DNA of 64,000 nucleotides from Carcharhinus longimanus (Eukaryota), in assembly GCA_030264375.1 (NCBI GenBank), contig JASCQW010000150.1:23107407-23171406 (forward strand), read 5' to 3'. The position numbers were made by a program, and so were the translations under genes. The notes under the pieces were generated by a model. That model searched no databases and was not told where the DNA came from. It worked only from the letters and a program-made list of their open reading frames with translations. The first letter of the stretch is position 1; every line of letters begins with the position of its first letter. Shown in pieces: positions 50,801 through 64,000 of the stretch.

Positions 50801-53046
50801 CAAAGTTCAACCTTGGTTTGTGTTCTACTGCAGGGAAACCTGTTCTCAAGTTCGTAGATCTGACAAAAATTGAACAACCATGTGTTCGGGGAAATATTCC
50901 GAGGAAGAAACTGTCACAGGCAGTCAGAGCACAGGAGGGTCAGGCGATCTATTACAATCATAATGTCAAACTAATCCTGTCATGAACATTTTACAAAGTC
51001 TATGCTATTACTCATCTGTCTACCTCAACTAGACTTCAAGGAAGTAAGTTCCTTTGAAGCAAATAAAAAGGGGATATACCAGGACTGACAGCAAAGGCTG
51101 AAGCAAAACAGGTCCACCAAGACTTCCTCCCCTTTTCCAAAGCTGGACAGATCTTTGCATTCTAAAAGCTCCTATCTTGATGTTATTCATGGTTTTTGTT
51201 AACCCAGGGCTCCAAGGCCCAGAGCTCTTGATATTCTCATCTGGGTGGCCCTTAAAATTAAGTCCCTAATCCAGACATACATTCATTTTGAAAAGGCCAA
51301 TGTCTTGTTTATCAACAGTCTGGATTCCTGCAAGATTTAACTAGCTTCCTTTAAATGATGGTAAGCTCTATGAGATAGTGAATGAAATGTTTGAAACTCT
51401 TCTACATTTTTAGCCAGAACAAACTTTGTTTCTACCATCACTGGTAATAATTCAATCCATTTTCTTGCGATAATGGCAGTGTAGTTATCATATTGAACAT
51501 ACTTGTACACTGTGGTGAGAGCAGTTCAAACTAGCATTAAAAGCTATGCTCATAAAACGTTTCTTCAAGTCAAACACAATAAAACATTCTTGAAAGAGTT
51601 CAATGGTGCAGGGGATATGTGAAAGAGCTTATTTGGGTTATTTAATCATTCCTTCTAAATTAATACTTTCCTGCAAAATAACTGATTCACTGTTTACCAT
51701 GCCATCAAATAAATAATGTACAACTCCACTGGACTGTACCCAGGTCAGACTTGCTAATGGGCAGATATAAAGTAAAACAGCACTGTAGTATATTACTCTC
51801 AGAGGGGTAAGAGCCACCAAGTAACAGCAAGAGTGGAAACTATTCCAACTAAGTCATCATGCATGTTTGGAGAAAAATAAAAGAGGAAAATAATTCACAA
51901 AAGTAGAATAATAATTGTGAATATATCTCAAGTTTTATACATGTAAACACAGGAAGAAAGTGAGTATATTGGAAACAGTAATGAGTAGGGAACAAATTGA
52001 CTTTATGGCTGAAGTGATGCATGGGAATTTAGTAGCAGCAGTATATTTTGTGAGAGTCACAAACTTGACTTAGAAGAAAGGTGAGTAAAGATTAAACTTG
52101 CAGTGATGATGAGTACTTCAGGAAGGAAAGATGGGACAGGATCAATGCTTTGTCAAGGAATGGAATGTGCATTTGCTCCAAAGAATATTGGAAATGATGC
52201 CGGGGACAGGATTTTCCTTGCAAGCTTCTGAGCCCAACCATCAAGTTGAAACATGGGGCAGAAACTCACTCGTGGAAACTGTCACGTTGTGATTTTCCCT
52301 TGGGGCAGCCAATTAATGATCAGTAGGTGAGCTTGCCATTTAATTAAGGATGGTGGGCTGGCTCTTGAAGTTGGAGAATAAAACAGAGGCCTTGCAGCTT
52401 GAAAAGAACAACAGCCNNNNNNNNNNNNNNNNNNNNNNNNNNNNNNNNNNNNNNNNNNNNNNNNNNNNNNNNNNNNNNNNNNNNNNNNNNNNNNNNNNNN
52501 NNNNNNNNNNNNNNNNGCCTTGCAGCTTGAAAGACACAACAGGCTGTAATGGAGGGTAAGCAAAAGAGAGGGTACTTCAAAATGGAAGAACACTCTTCCT
52601 GAGTTAAAAAATAGGTTTTGCAGTTGGCACACCACTTTGGGAGGGAAATCCCTCTACAGGATGGCCAGCAGCTGCTGCAGCACCCAGGCCCATATCAAGG
52701 TCTAGACCTACCTGGAGAACTGCACTGCCATCAACCCCACCTCTCCTCTCACCAACTCCTCAAGTCTACCGCAAAGAGACAACCTTTAAGCACCAAAACT
52801 AGCATCTGCCACCGTTCCTAAGTAGTTTTGAACTAGCCGTATTGTGCGCCCATCCCCCACCTCCGTTGTGGGATGGAACCAGAAAACAGGCATGCTAGCC
52901 TGTAGGGTTACTTTTACCTGCCACCTGCTGTAGCCCCGGACTCCATCAGGGCCTAAAAATCAAACCCTTGGTCTCTTTGGTCGGAAAACATATGTCAGGA
53001 AGGAGGAATGGTCAAATATAGGAGAACAGATAAACATACTGTTCTA

Positions 53047-53349
53047 GGACAGCATGGTAGTACTGTGGGTAGCATTGCTGCCTCACAGTGCCAGAGAACC
53101 GGGTTCAATTCCGGCCTTGATTGCCTACCTAAGTGGAGTTTGCACACTATCCCCATGTCTGTGTCAGTTTCCTCCAGGTGCTTTGGTTTCCTCCCACAGT
53201 CCAAAAATGTGCAGGTTAAGTAACCCTGAGTGTCAGAGGGATTAGCGAGATAAATACATAGGGTTATGGGGAGAGGGCCTGGGTGGGATTGTTGTCAGTG
53301 CAGACTTGATGGGCTGAATGGCCTTCTCCTGCACTGTCAGGATCCTATG
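53047..53349 (+). mobile_element. HE1-type V-SINE
   Basis: Head, V-domain and CR1-type tail. Confidence 0.9.
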
Positions 53350-53377
53350 TAGCTGGTGATAAAATCTATGAATATCA

Positions 53378-53515
53378 GGGCCAGAATTTTCTGACCTTGC
53401 GTGCAGGTGGGATTCTCCTGTCCCACTACAGTGAATGGAGTTTTGGCTGAGTATCAAATTCTCCATTCTTACTGGCAGTTGTAGTGGGGCGAATGAGACT
53501 GGAGAACCCCAGCCC
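53378..53515. mobile_element. MITE, same family as 6414-6551 (opposite orientation)
   Basis: gggccagaattttct ... ggagaaccccagccc; internal tcccactacagtgaatggag matches the reverse complement of 6490-6510. Confidence 0.75.
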
Positions 53516-53559
53516 AGAGGTCCTTTGCTGTAAGCAGGAAGGATTTCAGTCTTCCCAAA

Positions 53560-55577
53560 ACTGATTGTTATATACTATAGGGACAATAAGAATAATGAAA
53601 ATGCATTGCAATTATAGTGGATCGGGTATTCATTAATGAGGAATGCTGAATAAGTTGAGTGACAGTAAGGAAACATCTGGGACTTGGTGACTATGGTGTT
53701 GTTATTTTCATAGTAGTTGTAAGGTTGGAACATAAAAGGAAGCCCATTAGTAAGTTACATTTTGGACAAATAAAAATTGAGGCCATGAGAGAATTACTAA
53801 AAATATTCCAGCCAGAGAAAATATTCAGAGGAAGAATCAATTGGGGAGGGGGGGATAAGTTTAAGGAGCGAGGGGCAAGGTTTAAAGGAAATGTACGAGG
53901 CAATTTTTTTTTTTACACAGAGAGTGGTGGGTGCCTGAAACTCACTGCTGGGACAGGTAGTGGAAGCAGATACGATAGTGACTTTTAAGGGGCGTCTTGA
54001 CAAATACATGAATAGGATGGGAATAGAGGGANNNNNNNNNNNNNNNNNNNNNNNNNNNNNNNNNNNNNNNNNNNNNNNNNNNNNNNNNNNNNNNNNNNNN
54101 NNNNNNNNNNNNNNNNNNNNNNNNNNNNNNNAGGATGGGAATAGAGGGAGGGCAGGGGATTTTAGCTCACATGGGCAGCAGAGTCGGTGCAGGCTTAGAG
54201 GGCCAAAAAGCCCGTTCCTGTGCTGTCATTTTCTTTGTTCTTTGAAAGGATGCAGCGGAAAATGCAAAATTTGGCTAGATATTTTGTGAGATGGAAAAGC
54301 AGCTTCTGCTTCAAATAGGGAGATTTGAAGCAAGGTGGGTAACGAAGGAAGTTATGGGATACCGAAAAAGAGAAAAGGGAACACATTTGAAATGATTTTG
54401 AAAGTGAGATCCACAACAATAGGCTGAGGAATGATAAAAGGTACCAGAAGAGAGCACCAGCGAAACAATCATAAATGTATAGAACTTGAAACATATCAGA
54501 AACAAACAAAGCCCACAGTGACAATGGGGAGGTGGTGACTGACAATAGGAAAATTACTGAAATACCAGACAAATTCTTTGCAACAATGTTAACAAAGGAA
54601 ATCAGTGAAAGAATGCCAGATACGTTATAATGTTGAAAATGTCAAATACAATTTGCCTTTTACACCTTCAAAAACGTTTAAAACCACAAGGGTGATTACA
54701 CATGGGGGAAGTCGTAGAATTTCGGATGGATAAGACCATGAGCTGTGACAACTGTCGTCCAATCACCCTGAAGTCGCTGGCTGAGGTATTTCCGAATCCC
54801 TTCACTACCATGCATAACAACTTGCTGCACCAGTGAGACATCACCTCCCACTCACTGCCAGTCTGAGAAACTGCTACCCTTTTTATTTTCTGTTTCAATC
54901 CACTCTATTCCCTGTACCTTAATTCTGTATTCCCCATCATTTTCCATGTGTCTCTGATCAAAGGACTTCTGGAAGTTCCAGCATTGGTCTTATCTACTCT
55001 TTGTCAATTCTTCTACGAAATCAATAAGGTTGGTTCAACATGTCCTTCCTTTTCTGTTTCTAGATATTTCATTAGCTGATCATTTAGCGAAAATTCTAAC
55101 ATCTTTCCTGCCTCGAGTTATCTGGTCTGTAGTTTTCTGGGTTATTTTTACTTCCCTTTTTTGAAAATAAGAATTAAATTCGCTGTTAACCAGTTCACGC
55201 TTGGAGCGCAGAGAGATGCCAAGAGAGAATGCCAACTCAGCATACTGGCAAACATAAAGAAGAATAGCAAAGCCCTTTTCCATAGGTCAGTCGAAAGCAA
55301 AGTCTGCAGTGGCGCATCTGGACACAATTGCAATGGACTGGTGATGACTCAAGGGCAGGAAAATTGCCAAAATACCGAATGAATTTTTTCCATCACAAAT
55401 GAAATAGGTGAAAAAGTGTTAGATGCAATGAAAGATACATACAGGGGAAGTCATGGGGTTTGACAATCACCATCCAGAGGGTGCTATGGAAGTTGATCAG
55501 GAATGTGTTCATCTTCATTGTATTGCTTCAAATCGCAGGGATCAGAAAGTGCTGCATGTGACTCCTGATTTAAAAGG
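53560..55577. mobile_element. Cluster of CR1 fragments of several ages and both orientations
   Basis: APE-linker remnant (~53560-53840, +); young 3' end RGARFKGNVRGNFF...VEADTIVTFKGRLDKYM (53850-54242, +); RT remnants ~54880-55165 (-) and ~55200-55577 (+). Confidence 0.8.
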
Positions 55578-55929
55578 NNNNNNNNNNNNNNNNNNNNNNN
55601 NNNNNNNNNNNNNNNNNNNNNNNNNNNNNNNNNNNNNNNNNNNNNNNNNNNNNNNNNNNNNNNNNNNNNNNNNNNNNNNNNNNNNNNNNNNNNNNNNNNN
55701 NNNNNNNNNNNNNNNNNNNNNNNNNNNNNNNNNNNNNNNNNNNNNNNNNNNNNNNNNNNNNNNNNNNNNNNNNNNNNNNNNNNNNNNNNNNNNNNNNNNN
55801 NNNNNNNNNNNNNNNNNNNNNNNNNNNNNNNNNNNNNNNNNNNNNNNNNNNNNNNNNNNNNNNNNNNNNNNNNNNNNNNNNNNNNNNNNNNNNNNNNNNN
55901 NNNNNNNNNNNNNNNNNNNNNNNNNNNNN

Positions 55930-56003
55930 TGTTGATGTGATCGGCGCAACTCGTGGGCCGAAGGGCCTGTTTGTGCTGTAGTGTTCTATGTTCTATGTTC
56001 TAT
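55930..56003 (+). mobile_element. CR1 3' tail (body in N gap)
   Basis: gggccgaagggcctgtttgtgctgtagtgttctatgttctatgttctat; same family as 6929-7494. Confidence 0.9.
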
Positions 56004-56360
56004 AACTGTAATTTCTCCAGCAATAAAAGAAAATTTCATTTCTATTGAAAAGAATTACAATTACTTATACTACAGCACAATGATTACAATGTGTGGTTCT
56101 TTTGTTTGAATTAAGTATTGGAATAGTGCCATTAAGCATTAATTTGTAGCCTTGGACTTAAAGCTAAAATGTTTGTTTCAAGGTCCTGGGTGCGAGGTTC
56201 AAACCAAATTTTTCTTCTTCCTTCGTTCTTTTTCTATCCCTGATTGCTTGGTTCTACTTGCTGTATTGGTGTTCTCAAGTTCCTCCGATGCAACAACACA
56301 CTGGCATTCCCTCAAATCCCAGCATCAACAGTTCCACATTCTCCACCACCCCCAGCCCCC

Positions 56361-56688
56361 AATCATAGAATCATAGAAACTCTACAGTGCAGAAGGAGGA
56401 CATTTGTCCCATCAAGTCTGCACTAACAAAATCCCACACAGGCCCTCTCCCTGTAACCCCTCGTATTTACGCAACTAATCCCCCTGACATTAAGGAGCAA
56501 TTTAGCATGGCCAATGCACCTAACCTGCACATCTTTGGAGTGTGGGAGGAAACCGGAATATTCAAAGGAAACCCATGCTGACATAGAGAGAACAAGCAAA
56601 TGCCACACAGTCATCTAACACCAGATTTAAACCTGAGTTCCTAGTGCTGTGAGGCTGCAATGTTAACCACTCTGTCATGATGCATCCC
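56361..56688 (-). mobile_element. HE1-type V-SINE
   Basis: aatcatagaatcatagaaactctacagtgcagaaggagg...tttagcatggccaatgcacctaacc...gtgaggctgcaatgttaaccac. Confidence 0.88.
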
Positions 56689-57384
56689 TGGTCAATTATA
56701 CTCAACTCCCACTAACCTTAATTTTGACTATAATTTCAGACCCTCCATCTTAAATGCCCTGAACATGAAGCTGCACAACTTATATATGAAACTAATGCTG
56801 AAAGAGTAAAGGGTAGTTTCCTAGAAATGTTTTGCACTTCACTTGTGCACTGCTGTGTGTCCTACCACTTTCTTATTCGAAAGATGCTTTCGTCAACCTA
56901 TGTGATCTAGTTTGAACAGTTTGATTACCAGTACTATTACTAGCTCAATGAGGCACAGATGAATCACCCAACAGAGGAGCTTCAGAAGGGAGCTGACAAT
57001 GTTATGTGTTTAGTTTCATCCTCTTTTTTTAAAAGATGCAAAACATGCCAGTAATGTAAGTATTTACCTGTTTTGCAATTAAACTAACAGAGGTAGAGAA
57101 TGCACAATGGAAAACAAGAGTTGTCATCATCTCTTTCACAGAGAAAGATAAATATATTAAGAGTTTTTTTTAAGTAAATTACACTACACAGTCATGTTTA
57201 ATTGGAAGTAGCTAAATGACTAATTATATAGTTTTCATAATACTTCATAAAATAATCATGCAGAAATAAAGTTTGACCAAAACAGTTCTGAACTGACTGC
57301 ACTTCCGAAGAAGTGAGAGAAGGAGGTGTATATGAGAGAGAAGCTCGGTTCAGTGAACAAACAGTCCCAACTACATCAAAATCG

Positions 57385-58252
57385 GGATGCTGACCAATGA
57401 TTGTGCCGTGTTCAGTACCATTTGTAACTCTTCAGATACTGAAGCAGTCTGTGCTCGCAGGTAGCTAGATCTGGACTACCTTCAAGCTTGGGTTGATAAG
57501 TGACAAGTAACATTCGTGCAACACGTGCCAGGCAATGACTATCACCAATGCAGGAGAATCTAACAATCCCCCCTTGGCATTATCATTGAAAATGCCCCCA
57601 GTATCAAGGTGCTGAGGGTTACCGTTGATCAGAAACTTAACTGGAGCAGCTATGTAATTATTGTGGTGACAAGAGCACATTAAAGGGTGGGATTCTGCAG
57701 TGAGTAACTCGTCTCCTGACTCCCAAAAGCCTGTGCACCATCTACAAGGTTAAACACAGGGCTGAGGAATATTTTCCATTTGCCTGGATGAGTGCATCTC
57801 CAACAACACTCAAGAAACTCAACACCATTCAGGACAAAGCAGCCCACTTTAACTCTACAGCATTCATCACTTTAAACAGTCACTCCCTCCACCACCAGCA
57901 CCGAGTGGCAGCAGAACGGACCATGCACTGCAGCAACTCACCAATGTTCCTTTGACGGCCTCCAAACCCTCCAAATCTTATGACTTCTACCAGGCAAGCA
58001 AACGCATGGGAACACTACAACCTGCAAGTTCCTCTCCAAGGCATTCACCACCCCGACTTGGAATTGCATCGCTGGGGTTTCATTGTCACTGAAACAAAAC
58101 CTGGAACTTCTTTCCAGGCAGCATTATATCAGATGAACTGTAATATTTCAAGAAGACTACTCACCATCATTTTCTCACGAGCAGTTAGAGACGGGCAAAT
58201 AAAGCTGATTTTGCCAGAAATACTCAGATCTCAGGAATGCATAAAAATAAAT
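57385..58252 (+). mobile_element. CR1/L2-clade LINE (second family) 3' portion
   Basis: Colinear with 41510-42729 (gacaagtaacattcgtgc, accattcaggacaaagcagcccac, gggcaaataaagctg tail). Confidence 0.85.
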
Positions 58253-58496
58253 GATTAGAGCATGCTGTAGGGGGCTTTTTGGAGATAAAACAGTAAAATT
58301 CATCAGCATCGTGTATCACTCTAGTGTACTTATACATTATGTCACTAAGCTGTACAAAACATGTCAACATATATCAGAGTGTCAGACCTTTGTTGACCAG
58401 CCAAGTATATGTGCCAGGCGAACACAAAGTACTTCTCAGCAATTATGGAGAGAAATTCAGAATACAAGTCATCTTAGATCAGTCCTATATATCTTA

Positions 58497-58965
58497 ACTT
58501 TTTTCTTTGTAGGGATGTAAGCACCATTGGCCAGGCCACATTTATTCCCCACCCCGGAATGCCATTAAAAAGGTTACAGTGAGGTCCCCTCTTAAACCAC
58601 TTAAATCCATTTGGGGTAGGTGCACGCACAGTGCTGTTAGGTGGGAAGTTCCAGGTTTTTGAGAACTGAGTGAAGGAATCGCGATATAGTTCCAAATCAG
58701 GATGTGGGTTAAGGAGAACTTGCAGGTGGTGGTGTTTCCATGTGCCTGCTGCCATGTACTTCCAGGTGGTAGAAGTTATGGGTTTAAAACATGCTGCTGA
58801 AGGAGCTTTGGAGAGTTGCTGCACTGCGCCTTGTAGATGCAACACATTGCAGCCAGTGTGTTTGTGGTGGCAGCAGTGAATGTTTAAGGTAATTGGTGGG
58901 GTGCCAATCAAGTGGGCTGCTCTGTCCTGGATGGTGTCGAGTTTCTTGAGTATTGTTGGAGCAAT
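58497..58965 (-). mobile_element. CR1/L2-clade LINE (second family) 3' end
   Basis: ORF 58474-59028 APTILKKLDTIQDRAAHLIGTP..LNIH; tail rc gggaataaatgtggcctggccaatggtgcttacatccc. Confidence 0.88.
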
Positions 58966-60543
58966 GGCCAAAGTGAAATCCATGCTACGCACCTCCAAAT
59001 ATGCTTTTTCCTGCTTTGCTTGTGTCAATTAAGCATTTTAAGCAGCATATGAATTCTATGGAGGATCTAGTTTGCTCAGTTGGCTCGACAGCACGTATGC
59101 AGATCTGATTAACACCAACAGCACAGGAATTGGTCCCCATTTCAACTGAGGCAGACCTGGGGCCTGCCTCCTCACCCTACCCATGGTTAAAAATAGATTC
59201 ACAGCACTTAGCTGTGGTTAGGTGAATAATCTCTAAAGACTTGTCTTCGGGCACAGAACTCAAGAAGATGTATTTGTTACTTTATTTCCAAAATTATCAC
59301 TTGGAATTGAAAGTAATATCTTTGACCAGTTTGCGTACTTCGCAAATGTATTTTTCAAATTAGGCAAATTACCTATTTCCAGAAATGTTTTAGTATTTTT
59401 CTGATAATTGGCTTGTCAATTTTGTGTCAACTGTACACATTTCAGAGTTCCCCCGGTGACCTACCCTCAAAGTACCACTAAAGGTCAGAGAATTGAACAT
59501 CCCAGTTTTACAGTTCCTGTTACATTGCAGCATACCAAGCATTGGAAACGTCAATCAAGGCTCTTGCTGCTGGCCGCTATCCATCAACTTTTTCCAGAAA
59601 GTGTTCACCTGTGAGTGCCTGTGTTTCAGGCAAGTTAATTGGTTTCAGCTGTGAGTCCCTAAGCAGCTGAACAGTTCACAAATACCCACATGCAAAGAAC
59701 TCAAAACAAACTGCATTTTGTGCAATCAGGTATCAATCTAATATGATACTGTAACCCAACAACTCAGCAACATACTATTATCACCCTGCTCTAAGTATAA
59801 TTCTACTATTAAAATTAGTTATATTTTCCAGAGTAAAAGAAGTGATATCATACTCTATATTTATGAACCAAATGAAAACTATTTTGAATCCCAACCGGAA
59901 GCTTCGTTGACTTGGTTAAGGGGGCAATACCTCAAAGTAGACAGTAATGTACCACAATTCTTCCAAAACATCCTTTATGAAATTCTGCACAGAAGACTTA
60001 ATGGACAAAGCCATGCAAATTCAAGGGAAGCCTGGAAATGAAAGCAGTTTTATGAAGAGTTTAGCAGCAAAGATACATATTAGGAAAATGATGTTGAAGT
60101 GGGGGAATCCCTATGTGCACTGCCCCAGGGACTGTGGTTGTTGATAGGACTTCTATTATTACAACCTAAATTCAGAAGTTTAGTGAAAACTGGTCAAATT
60201 CACAGATATACTAAACTGATTAGGGGGAAAGTACACTATTAAACTCAAAGGCTACAAGAACATATAATCCCATAAATCTAAATCATCTCAAATTCCTACC
60301 TAACCTCAGACAGACGAGCAATGGAATCACTATATCCATACAGTGGCTTGGGAAGGGATGCATTGGAGACACAATTCCCATTTTTGAATATTACCCAGTG
60401 ATGATGCTTAAAAGATAGTCTGCAAAACATCAGATGAATATAGGATCAAGTTGAGCTTTGATGCTCCATGGAGAATTAGAGTTATCAGTAAACCTATTTA
60501 AAATGACCACTTAAAATATCAAGGATGCTGGGGGTTCACATTG

Positions 60544-60848
60544 ATCATAGAATCCCTACAGAGCAGAAGGAGGCCATTCAGTCCATCAAGCCTGCAACGA
60601 CAACAATCCCACCTAGACCCTATCTCCATATTTACCACATATTTACCATGCTAATCCCCTGACACTAAGAAGCAAGTTTGCATGGCCAATCAACCTAACT
60701 CACACACTTTCGAGCTGTGGGAGGAAACCAGAGTACCCAGAGGAAACCCACGCTGACACAGGGAGAACATGCAAACTCCGCACGGAATCAAACCCGGGTT
60801 CCTGGCACTGTGAGGAGCAGTGTCAACCACTGTGCCACCATGCTGCCC
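60544..60848 (-). mobile_element. HE1-type V-SINE, near full length
   Basis: atcatagaatccctacagagcagaaggaggccattc...gaggaaaccagagtacccagaggaaacccacgc...aaccactgtgccaccatgctgccc. Confidence 0.92.
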
Positions 60849-61784
60849 ATGTACTATTATTGGTGCCTTAGGAGGGAAGAGGAAAAAGGGGAAGCGGGAT
60901 GAGGAATTGAGAAATCTGAAAACATATCCAGAGGTGCTGAGAAATAACAGTTTCATGATCATTTATTACGCTACTATTCGACTTAATTTGAACTTAAATT
61001 TATGAAAATTATTGAATGGGCAACCATGGAAAAGGACCAAACAGCGAAGTTAGAATATGAAATTTTACTGATCTCATAAACTTTGAGCAGTTTAATCGGT
61101 ATTTTCCAAGTGTCCCAACTGGTTTACGGCTTTATCCAATATAAATGTTCATGCAATCCATATCAAAAACAATGAATGGTACAGTGGCAGGAGCAAAAGG
61201 ACATGAGGGTTAATGCTGATGTTGAACTAGAGAAGTACAGCATTACATGGTGGCTGATATGAGGCTGTTTTTTTTTAATGGAGCCATTTACTGGATTAAT
61301 CCGTATTGCATTATGCAATTATACACTGTGTCCTGAGTGCTCTTTCAGAGAATTTTATATTTATTACCTTGTGGCCCAAGGCAAAGGGAATTTTCAAATT
61401 GAATACAGAAGAATGTCAGGTTAGAACGACTGACCCTCACATGGAGCTGAATTGCAACCTCAAAAATTAATCTTGAAAGGAGAAATGGATTGGCTGCTAT
61501 ATAACAGCTGGTTCAATCATTTTTATGGCTAAGGATCTGTCTGCTAAAGTCAAGGTAGAACACAGAGGAAGCACACTATACATTACGTAATTCAGAATAC
61601 CTTAAAATTGTTGCCATAGTGACAGCATTAGCTCAGTAATATCAAAGATGATGTTGGTAATGCAAGTTAGATTCAAAACTGATTGAANNNNNNNNNNTGA
61701 AAGGCAGTCTTATTTGTCACATCATGTTTTAACTCTAAGCAGGTTGCTCTGTATATATGTTCATTATTAAACATTTGGAAGTCT

Positions 61785-61930
61785 TGTGGCACAGTGCTGG
61801 TGCCCCTAGCTCTGGACCAGAAGCTTTGGGTTCAAGTCTAATGCCAGGACTTGCTGGCCATGGAAGCAGCATTCATAACACGGTTCAAACTGGCTGATAA
61901 TCAACTAGGGAATCCTTCTACCACTCCCCT
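61785..61930 (+). mobile_element. Old tRNA-derived SINE fragment (different family)
   Basis: A-box-like tggcacagtgctgg and B-box gggttcaagtc at tRNA-like spacing; cloverleaf not intact. Confidence 0.5.
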
Positions 61931-64000
61931 CACTATTCCCCAAAGGGTAAAACAGTGTGGGTGTGAAGATACACCAAAATAAAATAGAATATTTCAGCCT
62001 CCTTATACAAGTTAACCAATTATGTTCTGGCTTGCATGTGGCCTCTTAAGTATCCTGCTCTTTTCTGGAAGTGCCAATGAAGCAACACTCTGAAGGGTGT
62101 GGAGCATAGGACTGGGAACCAACTACATAATCTATTAGACTCAGTCACTCAGTCCTGAAATGGAAAGCAGACTTCCGGCTAAAATCATGCATCAGATCAA
62201 GCCCAAGATCAGGTGCAATGCCTTTTCCTGTCAGCTTGGATCTTGTTTGTCTCTCTTGTGAGGACCATGAATTGGATTCAATTTGAATTTGATTTCTGGA
62301 ACAAGCAACGAGTTGGATTCAAGTCTGCCCAGCCTACTCTGTGCATTAGCTTTGTAACTTTAAGAATGGAGTAAAAATTAAAACAAAAAAATTAAACCAC
62401 AATGGGGTTCCATTCCATTACTTTCAGTTCAGTGTTTGTTTGTGAGATGGATAAACCTGTTGGGTCAATAAAACGATCTATCAGGCCACAGTACTACGAG
62501 CTTTTTTTTGTTTGCAATGGAAATCTGAAGAAGCTGTGCTAGAAGATGCTTGGCTGAAAGAAAACCCTTCATAAAATCCCTTTACAAAATCCAATCTCAT
62601 TTGGTAAGATCACATTTTAATCATTATTGTATTTGCAATTAAATCCTTGAAGAAAGATCCATTTTATTGAACACCAACGCATCTTATGCATGTCCCTCAA
62701 CAGTCAGTGCGCAAAGTTATGATAATGTGACCATTGCTGTTATAAAATTGTGGAAAAAATATAATTGTAACATGTAATTTCCCATCATTTCCAATTTTCA
62801 CACTGTTGTATCTTAGTTTAGTTTCATGAATTCAACCAGGCAATGCTCTCTCAGCTCAAGGTGACAGAGATGAACAGTGTCAAGGAACAGATACTTATGT
62901 CACAGTTCAAGTCTTTTCTGATGGATGTAGAAATTTACTCGGTGGGTAGTGTGCTTTTAGAACTTTTATGCAATATATTATATTGACTTACAAACGCAGA
63001 CCCAAAGAAACAAATAAATTAAAGGCATGACAGTTTAAAAAAAAATCAAGGCCCCAGGGTTGAAATAGTTTCAGGAAGATCAAGCCAGGCTTGCGTTTAG
63101 AGTGAGTTTGTTTGGATTTACTGCCAACTGCATTTGGGTGGCCTTTCAATTTGTCTACTTAAGCCAACCCATTAATAAACAAAAGCAACAATGAAAAGGC
63201 ACCACTATCTAACCACACCAAATAATTGAGAGGCCACTTCCAGCCAGCCCAGCCAAGGGGGTGGCCCTGTGACAGTCTGTTCAGCCGAGGCTGCCAGCAT
63301 TTCAGCAAGAAAAAGTGAAACCTCCTTGCCTTTGGTCCTGCCACCGGGCAGGCTCCTGCAGAAGTCAGGGTCAAGAGCTAAGTCCTGTCCTTTTTACCCA
63401 GACAACTGGGGTCAAGAGCAGTGAACTGATTTTTGGTTTCACAATATACAGAGACAGCTTAATAGACTGGCTCCTTTTTCAACGTAACACACATAGTTCA
63501 AATGAGCCTGGCCGTCACCCTTTTTTTTAAAGGGAGTTTAACTGCCAAAACTTGAAGCCATGCCACTTTATAACACTCAAGACACGCGGCATTCCTTTTT
63601 AGATCCCAAGTAACAATTATTAATTCCACATCTGAAACAACACTTTACCAACATAACGTTACTGTATTTTTGAAACTCTGCGCATGACTGACTGAGGTTA
63701 AAGTGAAATATATGCAAGTAGTACAAAACTCCATGGTAGCACTGCAATTTACCTTGAATGTAGTTTATACTATATTGTCCTGGTCGGGCCCCTATCATTC
63801 TGTGTGTTGATTATGAACTCACGAGAAATGAATCTGTTAGTTTGAAAAGGGATATTGTAACTTTAGCAATTCATAACTAATTTTTTTAAAGCAAATAAAA
63901 ACTGAAAATACTGGAAATCCGAAGGAAAATCAAATGCCATACTTGGAAGTCTGACAGCCAGTGAAAAGAAAAAAAACAAATTCATGCTTCAAATTTAGAC

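Noticed and set aside
399-63798. Remaining 60-180 aa ORFs in the supplied track as host genes
   Set aside because: They lie in SINEs/LINEs/MITEs, span N gaps, or lack recognisable domains and splice context; their lengths fit chance ORFs.
1-64000. CRISPR array, prokaryotic operon or viral insertion
   Set aside because: No regularly spaced direct repeats, no gene-dense segment and no long ORF; the composition is uniformly vertebrate repeat-rich DNA.

Overview
Repeat-rich, AT-rich vertebrate genomic DNA, almost certainly from a shark (elasmobranch). It carries many HE1-type V-SINEs with CR1 tails, several CR1 LINE families, DeuSINE-like fossils and short TIR elements starting GGG/GGC. It is a draft assembly with many N gaps inside repeats. 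I could not recognise any host protein-coding exon, rRNA, tRNA gene or CRISPR array; the window reads as a large intron or gene desert. The ORF track is almost entirely repeat-derived or spurious. Notable content: (1) an orphan ~216/232-bp CpG-retaining element in two inverted copies (17440-17671 and 19274-19489). One copy cleanly splits a CR1 LINE without poly(A), TIR or clear TSD, and the element folds on paper into a three-way plus a four-way junction. (2) Minimal type-I hammerhead ribozymes in two Penelope-associated repeat families (intact at 31-68, partly decayed at 5731-5768, broken at ~31148-31175). (3) A fossil two-gene PIF/Harbinger transposon (Myb/SANT-like remnant plus HARBI1-like transposase) and many putative MITE derivatives. 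(4) A probable solo LTR. (5) Repeat-free, motif-dense blocks that are candidate conserved enhancers. All family assignments are from recall and manual reading, not database searches, and repeat boundaries are approximate.
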